A DNA stretch of 64,000 nt from an uncultured delta proteobacterium. GTDB lineage: Bacteria > Myxococcota_A > Polyangia > Polyangiales > B10-G4. Where the stretch lies: positions 256,001 through 320,000 of the forward strand of contig CAVSGI010000015.1 of the NCBI GenBank assembly GCA_963727445.1. The letters are read 5' to 3'. The notes under the pieces are model-generated. The model searched no databases, had not been told where the DNA came from, and was given only the letters and a program-made list of their open reading frames with translations. Each line of letters opens with the position of its first letter. Position 1 is the first letter of the stretch. Below, one piece after another: positions 9,406 through 19,872 of the stretch. A program made the position numbers and the translations under genes.

Positions 9406-10431
9406 ATGAAGACGGCTCGGCTGATGTGGCTCGCGCTCGGAATCGCCACCTGCGCACCCGGCTTCGCTTCCGCTCAGCCGCTGATCACCTTCGATGATTG
9501 GTCGGATGGCTGTGACATGACGTCCCCCTGCTCGAACGGGTACTTCGACGGTGACGTCGGATCGTTTTCAGTGATCACCGACTTCGACGGGGAGATGTGT
9601 CTTTCTGGGAAGTGCGTCCTCACGACTTGGGACCCGGCGGCCGCGGACACCCAGTTCCCGCAGATACGACCACTCGACTCCGGCGCGCCACGCACGACCC
9701 AGTGGGTCCAGGCGGACTTCTATCTGCCTGGCGAGCTCATCACGCTGCTGGAATCCGCCAGCGATGTTCAGGTGACGTTGTTGCAGATCAACACCGACAC
9801 GGGCGACCATTATGCACGCCTGTACCTGGAGCGCTCTTCATCCGGGTGGCTGCACACGCTGCTGTCTCTCGATACCACCGTCTCCGCGAGCACACCCGAT
9901 TACCCGGTGACCGAAGGGTGGCACTCCGTGGCGTTCGGACTCGAAATCCCAGCGCCCATGACCGGGGGCCCGGCCACGATGACCTTGGTCTTCGATGGAA
10001 TGGAAGCAACCGGCAGCAGCAGTGATTGGACCAACCCCGGTGTGAACATCGTGAGCGCCTGGGGCCTCGGCCCCGGGACCAGCGACGGCGCCGCCCCGCG
10101 GCTCGTGATCGAGAACCTCTGCTTCGCCGAGAGCGAAGCGTTGGCGGCGGCCGCATGCGCGACGGCCACCCCACCGGACGCGGGACCTGGCGACGCAGGA
10201 CCTGGCGACGCGGGACCTGGCGACGCGGCGATCACCGATGCTGCCACGGACGGATCGACTCCCGACGGTTCCAGGGACACCGGCGCGCCGGCCATGGATG
10301 GTGGAGCGGGCTTCTTCCGGGGCGCGGGTGGCTGCGATTGTCGGGTCGTCGCCCTGACGCCTCGCGCCTTCGGCGCACCGCTCTTCCTCGCCATCGCGGC
10401 GGGGCTCGCGTGGCGCCGGCGACGACGTTGA
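9406..10431 (+). CDS. Secreted protein with lectin/jelly-roll-like domain and MYXO-CTERM-like tail
   Basis: Signal peptide ASA-Q; C-terminal GAGGCDCRV...hydrophobic helix...WRRRRR. Confidence 0.72.
   Translation: MKTARLMWLALGIATCAPGFASAQPLITFDDWSDGCDMTSPCSNGYFDGDVGSFSVITDFDGEMCLSGKCVLTTWDPAAADTQFPQIRPLDSGAPRTTQWVQADFYLPGELITLLESASDVQVTLLQINTDTGDHYARLYLERSSSGWLHTLLSLDTTVSASTPDYPVTEGWHSVAFGLEIPAPMTGGPATMTLVFDGMEATGSSSDWTNPGVNIVSAWGLGPGTSDGAAPRLVIENLCFAESEALAAAACATATPPDAGPGDAGPGDAGPGDAAITDAATDGSTPDGSRDTGAPAMDGGAGFFRGAGGCDCRVVALTPRAFGAPLFLAIAAGLAWRRRRR
10177..10227 (+). repeat. 15-bp coding tandem repeat x3.4 (DAGPG)
   Basis: GACGC(G/A)GGACCTGGC three times, then GACGCG. Confidence 0.9.
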
Positions 10432-10468
10432 CGGCCCGAACTCGTGACTTCGGTCATACTGAAGGGCG

Positions 10469-11266
10469 ATGACCGGTCGCCTCGCAAACCTCGTTCTGGT
10501 CTGCGGGCTGACGCTGGCGGCGTGCGCACCCGGAGATCACCTGCCGGGGGAGCCCTGTGACACCGACGACGACTGCGCAGAAGGAAACGCGTGCGCGGCG
10601 GTGCACATGTCGGATGCTGGGTACGTCTACCAATGCATCGCGCGGTGCGACGACGTCGCGGCGGCCAACGACGCCACCTTCCTCTTGGGCGGCCGGTGCG
10701 CGAGCGGCGAGCTCTGCTGGGTCTACCGGGGCGATGAGCTGCACTCCTACGGGTGTCTGCCGGGCGGCGACATTCCGATCGGCGCGCCGTGTGTGGACGA
10801 CTACTTCAGTTGTGAGCTCGGCGCCTACTGCGAGGCCTGGATCGGCGCGGAGACGATCTCCTACTGCACCGCCGCGTGCAACGTTCACGGATGTCACCTC
10901 GGCGAGCATTGCTCGAGGCTGACGGACTGCGAGGTGGGGCTGGCGTGTGCGGCCGTCGGCCCGTCGGACACTCCCGCAGCGAACGAGTGCGTCGAGGCGT
11001 GTACGTCTCCCAATCCCGCAGCCGACACCCCGTCCCTCTGTGCGAGCGGCGAGCTCTGCTGGCGAACGACCGACGACGCGAGCGACCCGTGGGCGTGCTA
11101 TCCGGGTGGCGACCAACCCGTCGGGGGTCCGTGCACCCAGGTCTCCGATTGCGAGCGCGGATCGGCGTGTTCGGGGAGCGCGGGTTCAGCGACGTGCGTC
11201 CCCGCGTGCAACACGGACGCGGATTGTACGGGAGCCAGCTGCGATGGCGGGCTCTGTACGCCATGA
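10469..11266 (+). CDS. Cys-rich lipoprotein with internal duplication
   Basis: Lipobox LAA-C; CASGELCW...C.PGGD.P.G.PC occurs twice. Confidence 0.72.
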   Translation: MTGRLANLVLVCGLTLAACAPGDHLPGEPCDTDDDCAEGNACAAVHMSDAGYVYQCIARCDDVAAANDATFLLGGRCASGELCWVYRGDELHSYGCLPGGDIPIGAPCVDDYFSCELGAYCEAWIGAETISYCTAACNVHGCHLGEHCSRLTDCEVGLACAAVGPSDTPAANECVEACTSPNPAADTPSLCASGELCWRTTDDASDPWACYPGGDQPVGGPCTQVSDCERGSACSGSAGSATCVPACNTDADCTGASCDGGLCTP

Positions 11267-11442
11267 CCTACATCGCGGGAGCAGCACTCGGAGCGGCGAT
11301 GAGGAAAGACGCCGACCCTCCCATGATCTCCGCCCGCCCTCCCATGTGCGTGTCATACTGGACCATCACGGAGCCTGAACTCTCCCTCGTCACCTCGATC
11401 CCCGAGGACCGAGCCCCACGCGGGTGACGTAGAGGCGAGAAG

Positions 11443-11712
11443 ATGTCCGAAGTTACCCTGGCTCCCTACATCCTGACGGATGCCAATGGGTCCAATCCGC
11501 GGATCATCATCCCGGTCAAGACTCCCACTGCGCTGGTGTTGGTGGAGAGCCGCACCCGCGGTCGACTCCTGGTTCGCGAGACGGACAAGGACGGCGCCGG
11601 CATCGCGATCGACGTCGCCAGGCAATACATCCGCCTGCACCGGCGGAGGCTGGACGTGCTCTACGGGCAGATGGAGCGGATCCGAAGGTCGACGTCGGCC
11701 GACCGCGCATGA
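11443..11712 (+). CDS. Small hypothetical protein (89 aa)
   Basis: GAGG RBS upstream; protein-like composition unlike shadow ORFs. Confidence 0.55.
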   Translation: MSEVTLAPYILTDANGSNPRIIIPVKTPTALVLVESRTRGRLLVRETDKDGAGIAIDVARQYIRLHRRRLDVLYGQMERIRRSTSADRA

Positions 11713-11748
11713 GCGGCTCCTCGTGGGCAGGAGCTCACTCGCGGCTCC

Positions 11749-13080
<1,332 letters not shown>

Positions 13081-13096
13081 ACTCTCGCCTGGTTGG

Positions 13097-13774
13097 ATGA
13101 GGCGCGGACCCTATCACCCGAATGGATCGAGGCAACGCCTCCTTTGGGCGGCCGTCGCGCTGGCGCTCCTGCTCCTCGCGCCCCTCGGCACCGCGCCCAC
13201 CCGCGCGCAGCCCGGGCCGGGAAACGCGCAACCTTTCCCGACGCTTCCCATCGAGGTGACGGTGGCGACGAACGGCGAGGATCCCGTGGTCACCCGCGCG
13301 TGGCTCGACAGCCACGTGGCGATGGCCAACCGCATCTTCGCGCCCGTGGGCCTGTCCTTCACGCTCACCGACGTCCACGAGATGTCCGGGGATCACGCGC
13401 GGCTCGAGGATCGTGACGACCGCCACGCCCTCGGCGAGCTGATGCACCCCGACGTGATCAACTGGTTCGCGGTGCAGAGCCTGAGGGACGTCGACGATCC
13501 GAGCCGGATGCGCTCGGGGGTGCATTGGCGGCCGGCGACCAGGCCGGGGGCACACCTGGTGATCGTCGCCTCCCGTGCCGACGACGAGGTCCTGGCGCAC
13601 GAGCTCGGGCACTTCTTCGGCAACCGGGAGCACCCCGAGGTGGCGGGCAACATCATGAGCTACCTGCCGACGCCGCCTGGGACCCTGCCTTTTTTCGACG
13701 ACGTTCAAAAAAGGCGGATCCGCCGCTTCGCCCGGCGATTCCTCCAAACCCGCGAGATCGTTCCGGTCGAGTGA
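13097..13774 (+). CDS. Secreted metzincin-like zinc metalloprotease
   Basis: Signal peptide; HELGHFFGNREH zinc motif followed by NIMS Met-turn; start uncertain. Confidence 0.72.
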   Translation: MRRGPYHPNGSRQRLLWAAVALALLLLAPLGTAPTRAQPGPGNAQPFPTLPIEVTVATNGEDPVVTRAWLDSHVAMANRIFAPVGLSFTLTDVHEMSGDHARLEDRDDRHALGELMHPDVINWFAVQSLRDVDDPSRMRSGVHWRPATRPGAHLVIVASRADDEVLAHELGHFFGNREHPEVAGNIMSYLPTPPGTLPFFDDVQKRRIRRFARRFLQTREIVPVE

Positions 13775-13817
13775 GCTGCGCGAATATCCTCACCGCTCAC
13801 TCGTCCACGCTTGTCCA

Positions 13818-13838
13818 TTGACGATTCCTCGGAATCGT
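13818..13838 (+). promoter_or_regulatory. TTGACG -35-like box overlapping a perfect inverted repeat (putative operator)
   Basis: ACGATTCC-TC-GGAATCGT at 13821-13838 in an intergenic region. Confidence 0.45.
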
Positions 13839-13933
13839 TTTGAAGTCCACGCCGTGAAGGCGATGGGGCGATGGATGCCCCGGAGCTGGAAGGGCGGGGT
13901 CTCGGGCTTCGCCAACCGCGAAGGGGAACGCAA

Positions 13934-14920
13934 ATGAACCGGCTCCAACTGATCACCGTTTTGGCCCTGGGCACGATGCTCGGTGGCTGCACCGTTCACG
14001 CAACGACGCGGGCGAGGACCGCGCCGCCGCCGCGGGCCACCGTCACCGTGCAGCAGCCGGCGCAGCCGACCGCCACCGCGACGACCTCCGCGTCCACGAC
14101 CACGGCCACGCCGACGGCCACGACCACGGCTACGCCGACGGTTCAGGCGAACACCCCGGCGACGCCCACCGTGAGCACCGGCGCGACCACCGTCGCCCGT
14201 CCCGCCACGCCCGCTGCGCACCCTGCCGTGCGCACCACGCCGGCCACCCCGACGGTGGCGACCCCCGGCGCCCACGGCCGCGCCAACGCCGCCGCGGTCC
14301 ACGAGCGCAATGAGGCGCGTCAGGACGCCCGCGCCGCTGAGCGCGAGCAGCGTCGTCAGGAGCGCGAGGCCGCTCAGGCGCAGCGCCGTCAGGAGCGCGA
14401 GGCCGCCGCGCAGGCGCGCCGCGAGGAGCAGGAGCGCCGCCGCCAGGAGCGCGCGGCCGCCCAGGAGCAGCGCCGTCAGGAGCGCGAGGCCGCTGCGCAA
14501 GCGCGCCGCGACGCCCAGGAGCAGCGCCGTCAGGAGCGCGAGGCCGCCATGGCCGCGCGTCAGGAGCGCATCGCGGCCGGCATGGAGGCGCGCATGGAGC
14601 AGCGCGAGGCCGCCATGGAAGCACGCCAGGAGCGTCGCGAGTCCGCCATGGAGGCGCGCGAAGAGCGTCGTGACGCCGCGATGGACGCGCGTCAGGAGCG
14701 CCGCGAGTCCGCCATGGAGGCGCGCATGGAGCGTCGCGAGTCCGCCATGGAAGCGCGTCAGGAGCGCCGCGAGGCCGCGATGGATCGCCGCGAGGAGCAT
14801 CGGGAAGATCGCGCGTCCATGGGTGGCGCCTCGGCCATGGGGAGCGCCTCGGTGATGGTCTCCGCCATGGGCGGCGGTGCGTCGGCGATGGGCGGCGGCG
14901 CGTCGATGGGGATGAACTGA
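13934..14920 (+). CDS. Lipoprotein with Thr/Pro/Ala stalk and long E/R/A/Q/M repetitive helix
   Basis: RBS AAGGGGA; lipobox LGG-C; repeats QEQRRQEREAAA and 11-mer EARQERRESAM; Met/Gly-rich tail. Confidence 0.8.
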   Translation: MNRLQLITVLALGTMLGGCTVHATTRARTAPPPRATVTVQQPAQPTATATTSASTTTATPTATTTATPTVQANTPATPTVSTGATTVARPATPAAHPAVRTTPATPTVATPGAHGRANAAAVHERNEARQDARAAEREQRRQEREAAQAQRRQEREAAAQARREEQERRRQERAAAQEQRRQEREAAAQARRDAQEQRRQEREAAMAARQERIAAGMEARMEQREAAMEARQERRESAMEAREERRDAAMDARQERRESAMEARMERRESAMEARQERREAAMDRREEHREDRASMGGASAMGSASVMVSAMGGGASAMGGGASMGMN

Positions 14921-14932
14921 AGGCGGGCGCGC

Positions 14933-16348
14933 CTAGCGCGCGTTCTTCCAGGTGGCTTGGCTGAAGATCGTCATGAAGATGATCTTCAGGTCGAGCTGAA
15001 GCCCCCAGTCACGGATGTAGGCGAGGTCGTGCTCGACCCGCTTCTCCATCTTGCCGAGGGTGTCCGTCTCGCCCCGCCAGCCGTTGACCTGCGCCCATCC
15101 GGTGATCCCGGGCTTCACTTTGTGCCTCAGCATGTAGCCCGGGATCAGGCGCCGGTACTGTTCGTTGTGCGCGACCGCGTGAGGGCGCGGACCGACGATC
15201 GACATCTCCCCCGTCAGGACGTTGAAGAACTGGGGTAGCTCGTCGAGAGAGGTCCGGCGCAGGAACGCACCGAGTGGCGTCACCCGTGGATCGTGCTCCT
15301 TCGCCTGCTCGATCCGATCGCCGTCTTCGCAGACAGTCATGGTTCGGAACTTGAGCACCGTGATCTCCTCGCCGCGTAGGCCGTAGCGTCGCTGCCGGAA
15401 GAGCACCGGCCCCTGGGAGGTGAGCTTCACCGCGGCCGCGATCAGCAGCATGGGAATCGAGACGAAGACGAGGATGGCCGCGCCCAGGACGATGTCCTCG
15501 ATGCGCTTCAGCGTTCCGTCGACGCCGTGGAATGGGTCGTCGAAGATGCTGATGACCGGCAGCCGCCCCACCGACGCGAAGCGCGCCTGCATCAGCTCGG
15601 TGAGCAGGACGTCCGCGACGACGTGAACCGACGCCGTGGTGTCGGCCAGCTCCGCCACCAGCGTTCGGATGCGTCCTTCCGCGCGGAGCGGAAGCGCGAT
15701 GTAGACGATGTCGACCTTGCCGGCGCGGGCGTCGTCCACCAGCCGGTCGAAGTCGCCGCGTAGCTTCGCCACGCCCCTCGGGATGGCGGTCACGCGCGCG
15801 TCGTCATCGCCGCGATCGTCGTAGATGCCGTAGATGCGGAAGCCCGCCCAGGGGATGTCGTCGATCTCGCGCGCGAGATCCAGCGCCGACTCGGTGGCGC
15901 CCGCGATGGCGACGCTGCGCGTGTTGCGACCCCGGCGGCGCGCTTCGCGGATCGCGCCACGGAGCAGCGCACGCGAGAGCGTGAGCGTCGTGGGTGTCGC
16001 CACCAGCCACAAGAACACCGTGGTGTGCGCGATCGATTCGCTGCCTCCCGCGAAATACCCGACCAGAAAGAGGACGGGCACGATCACCGCAAAGCTCGTC
16101 CACACGTGGAAGAGCTCGGTGCGGAGCGGGGTGCCACGCCAGGGGCCGTAGAGCCCACCCGCGTCTGCGCTCAGACCATAGAGCACCGCGGCGAGGAGAC
16201 CGGCGGACAGGTGCACGTCGGTCCACTGATCTCCCATAGCCGCGGTGCAGAGCCACGCCAGCCCCAGCACGAGCGCACCATCGAAGATTCGAAGTGCGAG
16301 GATCAGCCGATTCATGTACGGCCGAATCAAGCCGGGCGCGATGGGCAT
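14933..16348 (-). CDS. wcaJ: Undecaprenyl-phosphate glucose phosphotransferase (WcaJ/WbaP family)
   Basis: N-terminal TMs; [44 protein letters not shown] motifs. Confidence 0.92.
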   Translation of the reverse strand: MPIAPGLIRPYMNRLILALRIFDGALVLGLAWLCTAAMGDQWTDVHLSAGLLAAVLYGLSADAGGLYGPWRGTPLRTELFHVWTSFAVIVPVLFLVGYFAGGSESIAHTTVFLWLVATPTTLTLSRALLRGAIREARRRGRNTRSVAIAGATESALDLAREIDDIPWAGFRIYGIYDDRGDDDARVTAIPRGVAKLRGDFDRLVDDARAGKVDIVYIALPLRAEGRIRTLVAELADTTASVHVVADVLLTELMQARFASVGRLPVISIFDDPFHGVDGTLKRIEDIVLGAAILVFVSIPMLLIAAAVKLTSQGPVLFRQRRYGLRGEEITVLKFRTMTVCEDGDRIEQAKEHDPRVTPLGAFLRRTSLDELPQFFNVLTGEMSIVGPRPHAVAHNEQYRRLIPGYMLRHKVKPGITGWAQVNGWRGETDTLGKMEKRVEHDLAYIRDWGLQLDLKIIFMTIFSQATWKNAR

Positions 16349-16363
16349 GGTGCACCGATGCAG

Positions 16364-16379
16364 TGCATCACGCATGCCT
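16364..16379 (-). promoter_or_regulatory. Putative sigma54 -24/-12 promoter of wcaJ
   Basis: Minus strand AGGCATGCGTGATGCA = GG-N10-GC, close to TGGCACG-N4-TTGCW, just upstream of ATG 16348. Confidence 0.55.
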
Positions 16380-16493
16380 GTGGGCGGACGCGCCGAAGTG
16401 CGCGCATCTCGGCGTCAACGCACTCCAGTGAGCGTGGCAAATGGCAACGCTGCCACAAGACCGCCACGACACGGTCGCGACGATGTCGCGCCT

Positions 16494-18068
16494 TCAGACG
16501 CTCGGGCCTTCGAAGAGCTCGGGGATCACTCCGTCCACCTCGCCCAACGTTTCGCCAGCACCGACCGCGCTCATCGCGCTGGTCAACACCTGCGCCGGAT
16601 GCCATCCGCTCTTCTGCACGTGCTGGCCCTGGATCATGCCGCCGGCGCGACCGGCGACGAGGCACGCCATGCGCTCGGTGGAGTGCGAGCGCTTCATCGA
16701 GCCGTCGGAGGGGTCGAGTCCGTAGCCGCCTTCGTGAGTGAAGACCATGGCGCAGTGGTCGAGGAGGCGGCTTCCGTCGACCTCGGTCGTGTTCGCGAGC
16801 GCGTCCACCAGCGAGGCGAAGTGCTTGTAATGCCAGGCCAGAATCTCGGCCTGCCCGCGCGTGCCGTGACGGTCGCCGGAGTGCCCCAGCTCGTGCTGAT
16901 CCGACTCGCGGCCGATGAGCGGGTAGACGTTCATCCAGGAGTGGAAGTGCGTGTACATCAGGGACACCGAGCGGGTGAGGTCACAGGCAAAGGCCATGTG
17001 GATCAGCCGATTGAACACCTCGGCGCGTAGATCCTCGTTCGAGTAGCCATTGCTGATGTTGTAGGGGTACTCGTCTCCCACCTGGACGCGGTTGCCGCCG
17101 GCGGAGGGGTCGGTGCCCGGGTCGTCGAGGGCCATGCACGCCCCCTCGGCCATCGGACCGAGCTCGGCGATGCGCCGCTCGAGGTCACGGATCTCGTCGA
17201 AGTGTCGCTCGAGGCGCACCTGGTCGGGACGGCCGAGGCGGCTGTTCAAGTACTCGGCCTGGCCGCGAACGACGTCGAGGATGCTGCTGCGGACGCGGCG
17301 GTCGAAGTCGCGCGCCGCGGCGACGGAGGGATCCTCGGCTTCGAAGTTGTAGAAGAGATCTTCCCAGGCCTGGCGCGGGCTGGTCTGGGGGCGGATGCGC
17401 TCGCCGGGCTCGCCGATGCCGCCGCCGTCGCGATAGCTGATCATCGCGCGGCTGCCGATGCCGCCGCCGCCGAGGTAGCTGGAGAGCTGGACGCAGAACT
17501 GGAGCGAGTGGAAGAGGGTCTCGTCGCCGCCGAGGGCGTCGGCCGCCACCTGGTCCGAGGTCGGGCCGAAGCACTTCGAGGTCTCTCCCGAGGGCGTGCG
17601 CACACCGGAGAGGAGCGGGCTCACCATCGTCTCGTGATGATTGTCGGGGCGGCCGCCCGCGGGGACGGTGCCGCCGTTCATCCCGGCCCATGGGATGCGC
17701 AGATCGGTGATGACGCTGATCTCGTTCTGCACGTCGCCGTAGGTGGCGCCGGAGGGCAGCGTGCCGCCGGCGAAGGGGGCGAGGGCGGTCTTGAGGTCGT
17801 AGCCGAAGCCCGTGGTGGTGGGGACGTAGGTCTCGTCGATGTCCACGTTGCCCGAGCCGAGAGAGCTGCCCGCGACGCAGACCATGTAGCGCTTCGGGAT
17901 CCCCGCGGCCCGCGCTGGCGACGCGTCCCGCATGATCTCGAGGAAGGGCAGCGCCACCGCCGCACCCCCGATGCCGCGGAGCACCGCGCGACGACTGATC
18001 CCGATTCTGGGGGCCTGCTCGCCCCCCTCACTGCCCCGGCGGGTCTTCTTTTCCTTCTCGTTGGTCAT
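16494..18068 (-). CDS. DUF1552-family protein with Tat signal
   Basis: ISRRAVLRGIGGAAVALPFLE; SILD..., RLERHFDEIRDLE, AFACDLTR, DGSRLLDH motifs. Confidence 0.85.
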   Translation of the reverse strand: MTNEKEKKTRRGSEGGEQAPRIGISRRAVLRGIGGAAVALPFLEIMRDASPARAAGIPKRYMVCVAGSSLGSGNVDIDETYVPTTTGFGYDLKTALAPFAGGTLPSGATYGDVQNEISVITDLRIPWAGMNGGTVPAGGRPDNHHETMVSPLLSGVRTPSGETSKCFGPTSDQVAADALGGDETLFHSLQFCVQLSSYLGGGGIGSRAMISYRDGGGIGEPGERIRPQTSPRQAWEDLFYNFEAEDPSVAAARDFDRRVRSSILDVVRGQAEYLNSRLGRPDQVRLERHFDEIRDLERRIAELGPMAEGACMALDDPGTDPSAGGNRVQVGDEYPYNISNGYSNEDLRAEVFNRLIHMAFACDLTRSVSLMYTHFHSWMNVYPLIGRESDQHELGHSGDRHGTRGQAEILAWHYKHFASLVDALANTTEVDGSRLLDHCAMVFTHEGGYGLDPSDGSMKRSHSTERMACLVAGRAGGMIQGQHVQKSGWHPAQVLTSAMSAVGAGETLGEVDGVIPELFEGPSV

Positions 18069-18078
18069 CGTCCTCTCC

Positions 18079-19758
18079 TCACTCCCCCGCGCCCGCGGCC
18101 CAGGCCTCGTCGCGTCGCGTGAGGGCGAAGCGATCGCTCGCCACCACGTCCACCAGAAGATCCCGAAAGCCCCACGCCGTCCCCGCGCGATCGTTCACCA
18201 GCTCGCCGATGAACGCCTCGTCGTCCGCCGTCTCCTCGCGTCCCATCGTGTAACGGACCACCTGGCGAATGACGCAGGCCTCGAGCGCGTCGCTGTCGGC
18301 GAGGAGCTCACCCAGCTCGCCCGGCCCGGTGAAGGTGCCGAAGCCCGGCAGCTCTCCGGCGCCATCGATGGGACACTCGGGCTTGCCGGGATCGTTCGCG
18401 CGGAACTGCCCTTCGAGATCGTAGTTCTCGAGGCCCCAGCCGATGGGATCCATCTGCGAGTGGCAGCCCGCGCAGGCCCCCTGCTGGTGCGCCTCCACCT
18501 GCTCCGACTTGCAGTGGGTCTCGGGGATGTCGTCGGCGTTGACGTTCGCGGGCGGGGGCGGAAGGATCGCGCAGAGCAGCCGCTCGCGCACGAAGACGCC
18601 CCGCCGGGTGACGCTGGTGTCGCCGCCGGTGGAGAAGCCCGACAGGACCGCGCCGTGGCTGAGGATGCCGCCGCGGCCGCTGCCCTCGTAGCTGACCCAA
18701 CCGCCGTCGCCCTCGGGCGCGGGCAGACCGTAGTGCTCGGCGAGCATCGGGCTCACGTAGGTCTCGCCCATGCGGAAGATGTCGAGGTAGGGCAGGTCCT
18801 CGTCGAAGATCACGCGCTCGATCAGCGCGCGGGTCTCTTCGCGCATCGCCTGGGTGAGCTCGGGCGAGTGGAACAGGGTGTTGTAGCCGAGCCACTGCGC
18901 GTGGAAGCGATCGAGCTGATCGAGGGCGCGCGGATCGTCGAGCATCTCGCGCGCCGCCGCGGCGCGGCCCTCGGTCGTCTCCAGCTCACCGCTCGACGCG
19001 AGATCGAGGAGCCAGCGGTCGGGGGTGCTGCCCCAGAGCAGGTAGCTCATCCGGGTGGCGATCTCGTAGCCGTCGAGGCGGTAGACGTCGGTCATGCCCG
19101 GCACCGGCGTGCCGATCTCGACGCGGTACAGGAAGTCGGGCGACTGGAGCATGGCCCGGATCACGAGGCTGATGCCGAGCTCGAAGTCGCCCGCCTCTTC
19201 GGCGAGGGGAGCCAGCGTCATGAAGCGGTCCACCTCGGGGGTCTCGAGGGGACGGCGGAAGGCGAGGAGCCCGAAGTCTTCGACGAAGGAGCGAAGGCAC
19301 GCCGTGTCGCCTGGCCCGGTGGCCGTGCAGGGGACGATGGAGCCGAGGACCGCGCCGTCGCTGGTGACGTGCGCGGCGACCGCGTCGGCGATGGTCTCGT
19401 AGCCGGAGATCACGACACCGTCGGCGGTCTGGAGCGGGTAGACGTTGTCGAAGGGCCACTGCAGGAACATCCCCTGGCGCTCCTGGTCGTCCTCCGGCAG
19501 GTGCGCGACGGCGAGCTGCTCGGAGACGTCGACGAGGTCGCGCAGGGTGTTGTCGAGCTCGGCGCGCGAGAGGCGACGGGCGCCGGAGAGCGGGATGTCC
19601 CGTGCGGTGAGCGGCGCCCCGTCGGCGCCCACCACCGAGCCCCCTGGTCCCGACCCCCCGGTCCCCGAACCCCCCGTGCCTCCGGCGTCTCCGATGAAGC
19701 CGTTGCACCCGGCGAGGGCGACGGCGAGAGCGAGCAGAAGGTGGCGGCTGTTCCCCAT
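18079..19758 (-). CDS. DUF1592/DUF1588/DUF1587/DUF1595/DUF1585-type lipoprotein
   Basis: GGAGG RBS; lipobox LAG-C; RRLSRAELDNTLRDL, AFRRPL, LQSPDFLYRVE, SYLLWGSTPD, RGVFVRERLLC, CAGCH..MDPIG. Confidence 0.88.
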   Translation of the reverse strand: MGNSRHLLLALAVALAGCNGFIGDAGGTGGSGTGGSGPGGSVVGADGAPLTARDIPLSGARRLSRAELDNTLRDLVDVSEQLAVAHLPEDDQERQGMFLQWPFDNVYPLQTADGVVISGYETIADAVAAHVTSDGAVLGSIVPCTATGPGDTACLRSFVEDFGLLAFRRPLETPEVDRFMTLAPLAEEAGDFELGISLVIRAMLQSPDFLYRVEIGTPVPGMTDVYRLDGYEIATRMSYLLWGSTPDRWLLDLASSGELETTEGRAAAAREMLDDPRALDQLDRFHAQWLGYNTLFHSPELTQAMREETRALIERVIFDEDLPYLDIFRMGETYVSPMLAEHYGLPAPEGDGGWVSYEGSGRGGILSHGAVLSGFSTGGDTSVTRRGVFVRERLLCAILPPPPANVNADDIPETHCKSEQVEAHQQGACAGCHSQMDPIGWGLENYDLEGQFRANDPGKPECPIDGAGELPGFGTFTGPGELGELLADSDALEACVIRQVVRYTMGREETADDEAFIGELVNDRAGTAWGFRDLLVDVVASDRFALTRRDEAWAAGAGE

Positions 19759-19872
19759 GGGCGATCCTCCAGCCTTCATCCTGGGGCACACCCAGGCCTA
19801 CATCGACGGAGCGTCGCTTACCCCTCCTTACCTGTATTAGCGTCGTGATCCCGAGAGCTTGTGAGAGCAGCT

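Noticed and set aside
11263..11427. 54-aa ORF overlapping the stop of the 10469 gene
   Set aside because: No motif; the region is better explained as promoter/leader of the 11443 gene; not fully excluded
9400..11720. Slightly more AT-rich codon usage suggesting an island
   Set aside because: No integrase, tRNA, terminal repeats or transposase; gene content is typical of the host; GC not quantified
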